64,000 nucleotides of DNA, taken from Trueperaceae bacterium (GTDB lineage: Bacteria > Deinococcota > Deinococci > Deinococcales > Trueperaceae). Positions 43,060-52,336 of this stretch are shown here, piece by piece. The DNA is taken from NCBI GenBank assembly GCA_035703635.1, contig DASSXV010000010.1, positions 48,853 to 112,852 on the forward strand, in the 5' to 3' direction. Numbering within the stretch: the stretch's first letter is position 1; each line of letters opens with the position of its first letter. The translations under genes and the position numbers were made by a program. The notes under the pieces were generated by a model. The model saw nothing but the letters and a program-made list of their open reading frames with translations. It made no database searches and had not been told where the DNA came from.

Positions 43060-44478
43060 ATGCCGCGAGTCATCCTTAGCCGTAAAGACCCTCAACCAGT
43101 GAAGATCACCCCAGCCCGCGTGCGCGCGGTCGCCGCAGCGTCGCCAGCGGCCAAAGCGGGGGTGGCCGCCGGCTGGGAGCTGCTGACGGTGAACGGCCAG
43201 GCCATCCCTGACGTGTTGGCCTACCGCCGGGAACTCGAGGCGGGGAACGCCGAACTAGTGGTGCGTGAACCTACGAGCGGCCTGGAAGCCACGTTCGCGG
43301 TTGGTTGGGACGAGCCTGGCCTCGAGTTCGACGACGTCATCTTCGACGGCATCAGGTTGTGCGCCAACCACTGCGACTTCTGCTACATCCACCAGATGCC
43401 GAAAGGCATGCGCAAGAGCCTCTACATCATGGACGACGACTTCCGCACGTCGTTTCTCTATGGTTCGTTCGTCACCCTCACGAACTTGCGTGAGGAGGAC
43501 TTGCAGCGCATCCTCGACGAGAACCTGAGCCCGCTCTACGTGAGCGTGCATACCGCCAACGAAGAGAAGCGCGCGGAGCTAATGAACTGGTGGCCGAACA
43601 AGGTCCCACTCGCTGAGGCGGTGAGCGTGCGCGGCATGATCGAGCGCCTCGCTAGCATCGAGCTCTACACGCAGATGGTGCTGTTGCCAGGCCGCAACGA
43701 TGGCGACGACCTCGACGAGACCCTAGCGTACTTGGCATCTAGACCGAACGTTCTTGCCGCAGCCGCCGTACCTGTAGGCCTCACGGGCAACCGCGGTCAC
43801 CTCACCAACCTAGAGCCGTACACCCGCGAGGAAGCAGCCGACGTCCTCATGCGCATCCACCGCTTCCAGCGGCGCATGCTGGCGGAGCGCGGCACGCGCT
43901 TCGTGTTCGCGTCTGACGAGTTCTACATCCGCGCGGAGCTGCCGCTGCCGGAAGACGAGGCCTACGAGGGTTACTCGATGATCGAGAACGGTGTAGGCAT
44001 GGTGCGTGACTTCCTGTCGGCCGGCCTGCCCGAGGCGCTGCCGGCCAAGCTAGAGCGGCCACGCAAGGTGCTGATCGCGACCGGCAGACTCTTCGCTCCT
44101 GTTCTGCGCGAAGCGCTCAGCCCCTTGGCGACGATCGCAGGCCTCGACCTCGAGGTGCGCGCCATCACCAACTGCACGTTCGGTGAGGTAACCACGGTGG
44201 CTGGCCTACTCGCTGGCCGCGACCTGCTAGCCGGCGTGCGGCCGGGCGAGGCTGACTTGCTTCTCCTGTCGCCCAACATGTTCAAGTACGGCACCGAGAT
44301 AATGCTCGACGACCGCACGCGCTCGGACGTTCAAGAAGAGCTGCGCATGCGGATAGCCGTTGGCGGCACGAACTTGGCGGAGCTCGCAGATACCATCCTG
44401 TCAGGCGAGGTCCACGACCACCTCCCGAGCTTCGGGTTCTCCACGCACGCCATCAAGGAAGCCGCCAAGCAGCACTAG
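43060..44478 (+). CDS. DUF512 radical-SAM-like Fe-S protein with N-terminal PDZ-like domain
   Basis: CANHCDFC (CxxxCxxC), DDDFRTSFLYGSFVTLTN, VPVGLT, ENGVG. Confidence 0.87.
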   Translation: MPRVILSRKDPQPVKITPARVRAVAAASPAAKAGVAAGWELLTVNGQAIPDVLAYRRELEAGNAELVVREPTSGLEATFAVGWDEPGLEFDDVIFDGIRLCANHCDFCYIHQMPKGMRKSLYIMDDDFRTSFLYGSFVTLTNLREEDLQRILDENLSPLYVSVHTANEEKRAELMNWWPNKVPLAEAVSVRGMIERLASIELYTQMVLLPGRNDGDDLDETLAYLASRPNVLAAAAVPVGLTGNRGHLTNLEPYTREEAADVLMRIHRFQRRMLAERGTRFVFASDEFYIRAELPLPEDEAYEGYSMIENGVGMVRDFLSAGLPEALPAKLERPRKVLIATGRLFAPVLREALSPLATIAGLDLEVRAITNCTFGEVTTVAGLLAGRDLLAGVRPGEADLLLLSPNMFKYGTEIMLDDRTRSDVQEELRMRIAVGGTNLAELADTILSGEVHDHLPSFGFSTHAIKEAAKQH

Positions 44479-44499
44479 CTGCGGCGGTACGTTCAGCCG

Positions 44500-45366
44500 A
44501 TGTCCACGGAGACCTTGCGACCCCGCCCGAGTCTTGGCACGCTGCTAGCGTTCGTGAAGTTCGAGCACACGCTCTTCGCGTTGCCGTTCGCCTATGGCGG
44601 CATGCTCCTCGCCGCTGGCGGCTGGCCAGGCTGGCGCACCTTCTTGCTAGTAACGCTCGCCATGCTCGGCGCGCGCACGGCCGCGATGGCCGCCAACCGC
44701 GTCATCGACGCACGCATCGACGCCCTCAACCCGCGAACCACGGAGCGTGAGATCCCGAGCGGCAAGCTAACGGCGGGCCAAGGCTGGCTCGTGATGGGCG
44801 TCAGCCTCGTGGTCCTTGCCGTGGCAGCCGGACTGCTCAACGCCCTCACTCTCGCCCTGTTGCCCGTGGCGGTCGTGTTCCTCATCGTCTACCCGTACAC
44901 GAAGCGGTTCACATGGGCATGCCACCTGTGGCTCGGCACTACGATCGGCGCAGCCGCCGCCGGCGGTTACATCGCAGTCAGCGGGCAGTTCGGGCTGGCG
45001 GCTTGGCTGCTGTGGCTCGGGGTCGGCGCCTGGATTGCCGGGTTCGACATCGTGTACGCCGTCCTCGACCGCGACTTCGACCTCGAACATGGCGTGCACA
45101 GCATCCCAGCGCGCTTCGGGGTACCGACCGCGTTGGCCTTCGCGGCCTCATTGCACGTCGTCACCGTCGCCGCTTTCGCCGCCCTGCCGTTCGTTACTGC
45201 GCTCGGCTTGTGGTACTGGGTGGCGACCGGGGTGACGGCAGCGCTCCTCGCCGCCGAACACCTGGCGCTGAGGCGCTACGACGCAGGCACGGTCCTCGCC
45301 GCGTTCAACCTCAACATGGTCGTCGGGCCCATCATGCTCCTCGGCATCGTGCTCGGCCTCCTGTGA
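44500..45366 (+). CDS. UbiA-family polyprenyltransferase (MqnP-like)
   Basis: KFEHTLFALPF, NRVIDARIDALNPRT, YPYTKRF, GFDIVYA..D..FD. Confidence 0.9.
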   Translation: MSTETLRPRPSLGTLLAFVKFEHTLFALPFAYGGMLLAAGGWPGWRTFLLVTLAMLGARTAAMAANRVIDARIDALNPRTTEREIPSGKLTAGQGWLVMGVSLVVLAVAAGLLNALTLALLPVAVVFLIVYPYTKRFTWACHLWLGTTIGAAAAGGYIAVSGQFGLAAWLLWLGVGAWIAGFDIVYAVLDRDFDLEHGVHSIPARFGVPTALAFAASLHVVTVAAFAALPFVTALGLWYWVATGVTAALLAAEHLALRRYDAGTVLAAFNLNMVVGPIMLLGIVLGLL

Positions 45367-45388
45367 ACCCCGCGGACCGCGAGGCAGC

Positions 45389-46426
45389 GTGAAACGGCTG
45401 CTGCGGCGCCTGCTCGGCATAGGCCTAGTCGCAGTCGCGCTCGCCCTAGTTGGCGCGAAGGTGTGGCTCGACATGGACGGCCCATATCTCGAGGCCCTGC
45501 CGCTCTACCCTTACTGCGCCAACGCCCGAAGCGCGCTCGCCGCCGGAGACGCGCAGGGTGCCATCATGCTCGCCGAGGCGGGTGACTGCCAACTAGAACT
45601 GATGCAGGCCAGGCGCGAGTGGGACGCGCTCGGCGCCCGCGCATGGCGCTGCCTAACCGGCGTGTGGACGGGCAGGGGCGCTGACGCATTCGGCGTAGGT
45701 TGCGCCATCGCCAGCGATGTCGTCGTGCTCGGCGACGTGCGCGACCTCACGCGCCAGGGGGTCGCCTGGTTACGGGGCGAGGAGACCGACGAAGTCCTAG
45801 CCGCGTTGTCAGCGGCCGGGATCGCCTTGACCTTCACGCCGCAAGTCGACGCGGGCGTGGCGCTGCTCAAGGCCGCCCGCCGAGCCGGCGCCATGAGCGA
45901 GCGCCTCGCGAAGAACCTCGTGAAGCTCATACGCGAGAGGGCGTGGCGACCACTAGCTGGGATGTTGACGGACGCGGGGCGCGTGAGCCTCAAAGTGGGG
46001 CCGCCTCAAGCCGCTAGGGCGATGGCGTACGCTGACGACGCTGCCGAGTTGGCTACCATCGCGACCTTCGTCGAGCGGATGCCGCGGCCGCTGCTCGGCT
46101 TGAAGTGGGGCGGGAAGGGCGCCGCGCGCTTGAGCGATCCGGACCTCTACGCCGCTGGCCTGTTACGCGGTCCGAGCGGCATGCAGTTGGTCATGGACCG
46201 GGGCGCCAAGGCGCTCTTGACCCGCCAGCCGTTGCTTGTGGCCGCCGCCAAGTCACTATGGAAGAACCCGGCCGCGCTCGCCGCGCTGGTCGCGTTCATC
46301 TTGCGGTGGTTGACCTGGCCATGGGTGGCCGCCGTGGCCGGCGTGCTCGCGCTCTTCGGGCTTATCTACTTGCGCTCGGGCAGACGGCGTGGCAGCAGGG
46401 GGAGGAACGCTGCGGCCTCGACTTGA
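45389..46426 (+). CDS. Hypothetical membrane protein
   Basis: N-terminal anchor and C-terminal TM segments; 345 aa ORF fills the gap before the tRNA. Confidence 0.7.
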   Translation: MKRLLRRLLGIGLVAVALALVGAKVWLDMDGPYLEALPLYPYCANARSALAAGDAQGAIMLAEAGDCQLELMQARREWDALGARAWRCLTGVWTGRGADAFGVGCAIASDVVVLGDVRDLTRQGVAWLRGEETDEVLAALSAAGIALTFTPQVDAGVALLKAARRAGAMSERLAKNLVKLIRERAWRPLAGMLTDAGRVSLKVGPPQAARAMAYADDAAELATIATFVERMPRPLLGLKWGGKGAARLSDPDLYAAGLLRGPSGMQLVMDRGAKALLTRQPLLVAAAKSLWKNPAALAALVAFILRWLTWPWVAAVAGVLALFGLIYLRSGRRRGSRGRNAAAST

Positions 46427-46451
46427 CCAGCTTGCGCGCCTCACGTACACT
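46423..46451 (+). promoter_or_regulatory. Sigma70-type promoter of tRNA-Asp
   Basis: TTGACC, 17 bp spacer, TACACT, 11 nt before the tRNA. Confidence 0.7.
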
Positions 46452-46462
46452 CACCTTCGCGT

Positions 46463-46538
46463 GGAGCCGTAGTGTAGCGGTTAGCATATCTGCCTGTCAC
46501 GCAGAAGGTCGCGGGTTCAAATCCCGTCGGCTCCGCCA
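46463..46538 (+). tRNA. tRNA-Asp (GTC)
   Basis: 76-nt cloverleaf: acceptor GGAGCCG/CGGCTCC, anticodon arm TCTGC-CTGTCAC-GCAGA, T-loop TTCAAAT, encoded CCA. Confidence 0.97.
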
Positions 46539-46542
46539 CCAG

Positions 46543-46575
46543 AGAACCCGGAACGTGTCATGCGTTCCGGGTTCT
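46543..46575 (+). terminator. Hairpin terminator after tRNA-Asp
   Basis: 13-bp stem agaacccggaacg / cgttccgggttct; U-tail is weak. Confidence 0.65.
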
Positions 46576-46733
46576 GCTCGTCTGGCGCGGTGGCGGCGCA
46601 CAGATAGCCCCAGTTGGGCAGCCGTAGGCAAGCTTGGCTCTTGCCTAGGCTGACTAGGCAAGCGTTGCCGAAGCGTTAACTCCTTGCACTATGCGCGTCA
46701 CTACCTGACGCGGCCACCTGGTACCGTTTAGCT

Positions 46734-47393
46734 ATGAACAGACTGCCCATCTTCCCCCTCGACGTGGTGGTCTTCCCGGGCATGACCGTGCCGTTGACCG
46801 CTCACGAGGAACGCTACAAGCGCCTGGTCCGTGAGGTGCTCGCCCAAGAGGACGAGCCGAAGCGTTTCATCATCGCCTACTCGGATGAACGTCCTGCCAT
46901 CAGTGACACCGGCCCAAGGGTCGCGCGCTACGGCACCGTAGTACACGTGCTCTCCGCAGAGGAGAACCCCGACGGCACCTTCGACCTCCTCGTGCATGGC
47001 CAGGAGCGCACGCTCGTCGAGGTCGTCTCCGTGGTCGAGGTCGACGAGCGCGGCGGCTCGAGCAGGCCCCTTAGCTACGCTGTAGAACAGCCAGCCCCGC
47101 TGGACCGCGGCGACCCTAACGAAGAGGCCATCGCGGCATGGGACGCCCTTGACACCTTCCGCACCTACGCAGGCACGCGCTTCCGCGGAGAGGCGGGCAG
47201 CGAGATAGACAAGCACGTGCCAGAAGACCCGTTCTACCAGGCGTCGTTCGTGTGCGCCAACATCCTCGTCCCGACCTCAGCCAAGCAGGCGCTGCTCGAG
47301 GCGGACTCGCTGCGCCAACGCTTCGACCTCGCGCGCGGCATGATGCTCGAGCGCATGCAACGCCGCGGCCGCACCAAGCGTGGCAGGGCGTGA
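46734..47393 (+). CDS. Stand-alone LON peptidase substrate-binding domain protein
   Basis: LPIFPL..VVFPG..PL..HEERY, KQALLE; no AAA+ or protease domain. Confidence 0.85.
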   Translation: MNRLPIFPLDVVVFPGMTVPLTAHEERYKRLVREVLAQEDEPKRFIIAYSDERPAISDTGPRVARYGTVVHVLSAEENPDGTFDLLVHGQERTLVEVVSVVEVDERGGSSRPLSYAVEQPAPLDRGDPNEEAIAAWDALDTFRTYAGTRFRGEAGSEIDKHVPEDPFYQASFVCANILVPTSAKQALLEADSLRQRFDLARGMMLERMQRRGRTKRGRA

Positions 47394-48541
47394 CGACTGA
47401 CCAAGCGCCGCCAACGGTGATCCACGAAGAACAGGGGAGCCCACAGCCGGACCCAGACCTTGAGCGGCAGCAGTTCACGTTCCGCTGGAGCGAGCTGCCG
47501 CTCGTCACGCCTGACCTGCTTGGAAGTGGCGGCAGTATCCGCTCCGTGCCGGAGGACTTCCGCGTAACCGAACTGCCCGCGTACCTGCCGGAAGGCAGCG
47601 GCTCACACCGTTACCTCCTCGTCGAGAAGAGCGGTTACACCACCCGCGACCTGCTACTGGCGTTGCAACGCGCAGGCGTCGAACCTAACGCCATCGGCGT
47701 GGCCGGCCTGAAGGACAAGGCGGCCGTTACCGTGCAGTGGCTGTCGCTGCCCAAGCGCTACTCCGAGGCCGTGAACGAGCTGATGGCCATGCCGGGCGTG
47801 CGCGTGCTCGACGAGAGCTACCACCGCAACAAGCTCGGCATCGGCCACCTGCGTGGTAACCGCTTCGAGATCACCATCCAAGGCGTCGGGCATGAAGCGC
47901 GCGAGCGCGCGGTGGCGGCGTTCGACGCGCTCGCGCAGCGCGGCTCACCGAACTGGTTCGGTCCCCAGCGCTTCGGACGCTTCGGGAGCAACGCTTACGA
48001 CGGCCTTCGCGTAGTTCGCGGTGAACGCGTTCCGGGCGGCCATCACCTCAAGCGCTTCTTCGTGTCGGCGCTGCAGTCGCTCTTGTTCAACGCCATGCTC
48101 GCCGAACGCTGCGAGCGCGGCTGGTACCAGGCGGTAGTCGAGGGGGATTGGGCGCGTAAGCACGCGACGGGCGGCACGTTCCTCGTCGAGGACGCCGCCG
48201 TCGAGTCGCCGCGGGCGTTGGCGCTGGAGATCAGCGCAACGCTTCCGCTTCACGGCCGCAAGGTGAAGCCGACGACGGGCTTGGCTGGCGCTGTCGAAGC
48301 GCTCGTCTTGGCGCACTACGACCTGCGCTGGGCGCAGTTCGGTTCGAGGCGCGGCGATCGCCGCCCAACGCGCGTGCTGCTGGACAACACGACCGTCGCG
48401 CAAGCAGGCAGCGCCCTCACGGTCGGGTTCGACCTGCCGAAAGGCGCCTACGCCACCGCCGTGCTGCGCGAGGTCATGAAGGTCGACGTGGATGCGCCCT
48501 TCGAGTCGCCACAAGGCGCCGCTGTCGACGACGAGGAGTAG
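47390..48541 (+). CDS. truD: tRNA pseudouridine(13) synthase
   Basis: PEDFRVTE, AGLKDK, GNRF, NWFGPQRFG, LPKGAYAT; GTGA overlap with upstream gene. Confidence 0.93.
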   Translation: MTTDQAPPTVIHEEQGSPQPDPDLERQQFTFRWSELPLVTPDLLGSGGSIRSVPEDFRVTELPAYLPEGSGSHRYLLVEKSGYTTRDLLLALQRAGVEPNAIGVAGLKDKAAVTVQWLSLPKRYSEAVNELMAMPGVRVLDESYHRNKLGIGHLRGNRFEITIQGVGHEARERAVAAFDALAQRGSPNWFGPQRFGRFGSNAYDGLRVVRGERVPGGHHLKRFFVSALQSLLFNAMLAERCERGWYQAVVEGDWARKHATGGTFLVEDAAVESPRALALEISATLPLHGRKVKPTTGLAGAVEALVLAHYDLRWAQFGSRRGDRRPTRVLLDNTTVAQAGSALTVGFDLPKGAYATAVLREVMKVDVDAPFESPQGAAVDDEE

Positions 48542-48549
48542 GTCCGGAC

Positions 48550-50979
48550 TCACCTGTCGTTGGCGGCGGTGCCTGTGCGGCGCCGCCACACGAGCTCGAG
48601 CATGAACAGCGCAACGGCTGCGGCCAAGGGCCACTGCCAAGCAGCGCGCCGCACGGTGCCAAGCGCCGGCCGGTAGGTCTCCGGGTTGACCACCATGCCG
48701 CCCGTATGAGCGGCGACGTTGGCTAGCAGCGCAGGTCCGTCGACATCCGCATACTCCGGGTCCGGGCCAGACACGCGCGCCCGCGCGACGAGTTCGCCAC
48801 CTACGGCCACGACCACGTCCGGACCCGCGCTGCCACGCCACGGCACCAGCCCTTGGTAGCGGCCCGGGGCTACCTGCTCTAGAACGGCGCTGCTAGTGCC
48901 GAAGCGCGCGGTCGGCCGCAAGTCGTTGAGGTACTCGCCGTTCTGCACGGCGTCAAGCGTGATGCGCACGGCGTTGCCTGAGCGCACGGCGCTGGCGGCC
49001 ATGCCGTCTGGGCGCGCCTGCAACCACCGCACGAGCGTGCCGAACGCCCCTGGTAGTTCTGGCCACCTTCCGAAGGCGCCGGCCCAGGCGTTGAGGTCCG
49101 TCGTAAGAGCCGCCGTGCGGCCGAGCCCTGAGCGGTAGGTGGCGAGGATCGGTTCGTCCTCCTTGCCAGCCAGGAGCAACTGCGCGTCTGACTTGAGGGT
49201 GGTGGCGACGTACGCCTCCACTGGCGGCAACGTGGGCGGGAAGCTGTACAGGGGGTTGGGGCGCGGTTGCGGTGCGGTCGGGTCGTCCACGAGGAGCGCG
49301 CGCGTAGCCGTGAGCGCCTCGTTCGTGAAGATCTGCGGCAGGCTCGTGGCGTCTAGCGCGGCGTAGTAGCGCCCACCGCCAGCCTGTGCGATGGCCGCAA
49401 GGCGCTGGAAGTCCGCGGCGGCGCCGATGGCGATGGTCGAGGTAGTGATCCCGGCCGCCAAGCCCGCCTCGGCCATGGCACCGAAGTCCGTGCCGTTCGC
49501 GCCGAACGGGCCTTGGTCGTAGAGTTGGCCGTCCGAGAGGACGATCACATGTTTGACCGCGGCGTCGACGCCCGCGAGAGCGTCCAGCGCCTGCTTGTAC
49601 GCAGGCTCTAGCACGGTGCCGCCGCCAGTGTCGAGCGCGTAGATGCCTGCCGCCATCTCGCGCTTGCCGCGCTCCGTGGCTGGCCGCAACTGGAACACCC
49701 ACCTCGTGCCCGGCCCGTCACTGAACGCGATGAGGCCAAGGAGATCCTGGTCGTACGCCAGGTCGACGACCTGGACGGCGCCCTCCTTGGCCAAGTCGAT
49801 CTTCGCGGGGCGGCCGCTAGCCATCGACTGCGAGCGGTCGATGACCATGACCATCGCCACGAGCGGCAGCGCCACCTCGGTACGCAAGTCGGTGGTCACC
49901 GGCAGAACGTCCTCTACCGCCGTGCGGTACCAGGCGCCGAACCCGAACGACTCGGGGCCGCCGGTCATGAGCAGGCCGCCGCCGTCGCGCACGTACTGCG
50001 CGAGCAACTCAAGTTGCGTTGCGCTGAACTGACCGGCTGAGCCGCGGACCACGACCGCGCTGTAAGCGAGCGGGAACGTAAGGGCGTCGGGGCCGCCCTC
50101 GACGATGTCGAAGCCCTGGAGCCGCAGGAGACTAGCTGAGGCCGGATCGTCGACCACGAGCACTGGAGGCCGGGTTTGGATGGTGACGAGCCCGTCAGCG
50201 CTATCGTTGCCGCGCGCCTGCTCGAACGGAACGGCGAGCTCGACGCCAACGGCTAGGGTCGCTCCCGCCCCGCCGCCTGCCGGAACGCCGAAGGTGAACG
50301 TGACGGCGCTAGAACCGGCTGGCAGGTCTACCTGGCGCTCCTCCGTGATGTTGCCCCCAACCCTCACCCGCAACGTTCCTGTCGTTGCGCGGTCGGTGCG
50401 TAACAGCGCAGTGCCCTCGAGGAGTTGCCCAGGCGCGGCGCGCGTTGGGAGCAGCAAGTCGACGACCCGCGCGTCGTCAGCTGCCTGAACGGGGATGACG
50501 TCGATCGGTATGGCCGGGAGGCTGGCCAGCATGGCCGCCTCTGGCGTCACCCCGTCTGAAAGCAGGAGCACGCGCGCGGCCCCATTGGCGACGGCCACCT
50601 GCAGCGCACGCGCTAGGTCGGTCGCGTCGGTTTCGAGGCCGCTAGGCACGCGCGCGCCGAGTTCGGCGACGACCGTGGTGTCCGCCGCGACGTAAGCGAA
50701 CTGCGGGGGCTGCCCGTAGCCAGACAGGTCTAGTTGGCGGGCGACGTCTAACGCGTTGCTGCCGACTGAGTCCGAGACGTCGACCAGCACCGCCAGGCGC
50801 CCACCCGGCGCGCTCCACCATGGCTGCGCCAAGGCGAACAGCAACGCGGTTAGGGTGATGGCACGTAGCCACCAGCCGCTCCTGCGCGTGAAGTACAGCC
50901 CCGCCAGCAGCGGCACGACCGCGATCAGCACCCACGGGTACGTGAGCTGCAGCATGGGCAGGGAGCCAGGCGCGGTCAT
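48550..50979 (-). CDS. Membrane-anchored VWA-domain protein with glutamine-amidotransferase-like middle domain
   Basis: N- and C-terminal TM; MIDAS motifs DVSDS and DRSQS, LSDG twice; GGGLLMTGG..FGFG. Confidence 0.82.
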   Translation of the reverse strand: MTAPGSLPMLQLTYPWVLIAVVPLLAGLYFTRRSGWWLRAITLTALLFALAQPWWSAPGGRLAVLVDVSDSVGSNALDVARQLDLSGYGQPPQFAYVAADTTVVAELGARVPSGLETDATDLARALQVAVANGAARVLLLSDGVTPEAAMLASLPAIPIDVIPVQAADDARVVDLLLPTRAAPGQLLEGTALLRTDRATTGTLRVRVGGNITEERQVDLPAGSSAVTFTFGVPAGGGAGATLAVGVELAVPFEQARGNDSADGLVTIQTRPPVLVVDDPASASLLRLQGFDIVEGGPDALTFPLAYSAVVVRGSAGQFSATQLELLAQYVRDGGGLLMTGGPESFGFGAWYRTAVEDVLPVTTDLRTEVALPLVAMVMVIDRSQSMASGRPAKIDLAKEGAVQVVDLAYDQDLLGLIAFSDGPGTRWVFQLRPATERGKREMAAGIYALDTGGGTVLEPAYKQALDALAGVDAAVKHVIVLSDGQLYDQGPFGANGTDFGAMAEAGLAAGITTSTIAIGAAADFQRLAAIAQAGGGRYYAALDATSLPQIFTNEALTATRALLVDDPTAPQPRPNPLYSFPPTLPPVEAYVATTLKSDAQLLLAGKEDEPILATYRSGLGRTAALTTDLNAWAGAFGRWPELPGAFGTLVRWLQARPDGMAASAVRSGNAVRITLDAVQNGEYLNDLRPTARFGTSSAVLEQVAPGRYQGLVPWRGSAGPDVVVAVGGELVARARVSGPDPEYADVDGPALLANVAAHTGGMVVNPETYRPALGTVRRAAWQWPLAAAVALFMLELVWRRRTGTAANDR

Positions 50980-51172
50980 TCGGGGCATGCTAGCAGGCAG
51001 GTGGCGGTGCTCAACGTCGTGCTTAGGCGATCGCCTAGGCGCCCTAGGTGCACTTCCTGCTAGACGGCGCGCCGTAATGCGCCGAGCCGCTTCGCTGCGC
51101 GCCAAGTTGCGGAACAGTGAAGGAGTCTACAGGAACTAGCTCGTGGAGCGCTACTTTCGCTGGTAGTATGTC

Positions 51173-52336
51173 GTGATGCCGGACTCTGCCCCCTGGGCGC
51201 TAATCGCCATGCACTCCGAGGAACGCGCGGCCGGGTTCCTCCCAGTGGTGGAGGAACTCGGCTTGACCGGCCGCACGTACACGGACGTCGAGAAGCTTTT
51301 GTACGACACGCGCGGCGAGAACCTCCCGAGTGCGCTCGTGCTCGATCACGGGCTCCAGGAGCGCGTCCCCAAGCTCGACCTCGTCACCATCATCAGGCGG
51401 CGTAAGGGGTTCGAAGAGATCCCCTTCGTATACCTGGGACCCGCCAACGTGGCCTTGCACGCCAAGGTCATCGAGGAGGGCGCGGACGCCTACATCACGC
51501 TGCCGACGCGTCAAACGGTAGTGAAGGCCCACCTCGTCAGCCTCCTTGAACGTCGCCGGGCCGAGGGCGCCATGCGCAAGGCGTTCGAGGAAGCGCGGCG
51601 CTTCGAACAGGCTTACAAGGAAAGCGAGCGCATGAAGGATGACCTCATCCATATGCTCGTGCACGACCTCAAGAGCCCAATCTCGAGCGTCATGGGCCTG
51701 CTGGACCACAGCCTCGAGATGCTCAACGGGCAAGGGGGAGAAGACGCCGTAGAGGAACTCCTTAGCCTCGCGCGCAGCGAGTCGCAGCACCTCCTCAACC
51801 TAGCGGCGAATATCCTCGACGTTCGGCGCATGAAGGATGGGCACATGCCCTTCCACCCAGAGCACATCGAGAGCCTCACCGACCTCGCCAAGTCCGCTTT
51901 GGGCGACGTCAGCGGCGGCCCAAGAGACAGGCACTTCGGCTTCCTCGTGCGCCCTGAGGCGGAGACCGTCGTCGGGGACCCGAAGCTCCTAAGGCGCATC
52001 CTCGCCAACCTCATGGCCAACGCCATCAAACACACTCGCCGCGGCGGTTACATAGACTTCCGGGCTTGGAGCAAAGACGGCAGCGTGGTCCTCAGCGTGC
52101 GCGACGACGGCGAGGGCATACCCGAGAGCGATCACAAGCGCATCTTCAACGCCTTCGAGCAGTCGCGGCACACCATCCACGACCGCTACGACACGGGCAT
52201 GGGCCTTACCTTCTGCAAACTCGCCGTCGAGAAGCACGGTGGGCGCATCTGGGTCGAGTCGAAAGTCGGGCGCGGCAGCACCTTCTACTTCACGTTGCCA
52301 GACCAGGTGGCCGCCGCGGTGCCAGCGGGCGCGTGA
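51173..52336 (+). CDS. Cytoplasmic histidine kinase with degenerate N-terminal receiver-like domain
   Basis: H-box HDLKSP, N-box NLMANAIKH, DDGEGI, GMGL, GRGSTF; no TM. Confidence 0.88.
   Translation: MMPDSAPWALIAMHSEERAAGFLPVVEELGLTGRTYTDVEKLLYDTRGENLPSALVLDHGLQERVPKLDLVTIIRRRKGFEEIPFVYLGPANVALHAKVIEEGADAYITLPTRQTVVKAHLVSLLERRRAEGAMRKAFEEARRFEQAYKESERMKDDLIHMLVHDLKSPISSVMGLLDHSLEMLNGQGGEDAVEELLSLARSESQHLLNLAANILDVRRMKDGHMPFHPEHIESLTDLAKSALGDVSGGPRDRHFGFLVRPEAETVVGDPKLLRRILANLMANAIKHTRRGGYIDFRAWSKDGSVVLSVRDDGEGIPESDHKRIFNAFEQSRHTIHDRYDTGMGLTFCKLAVEKHGGRIWVESKVGRGSTFYFTLPDQVAAAVPAGA

Noticed and set aside
46463..46733. tRNA-Asp as an integration site for an island
   Set aside because: No integrase, no duplicated tRNA 3' end seen, and core genes follow immediately
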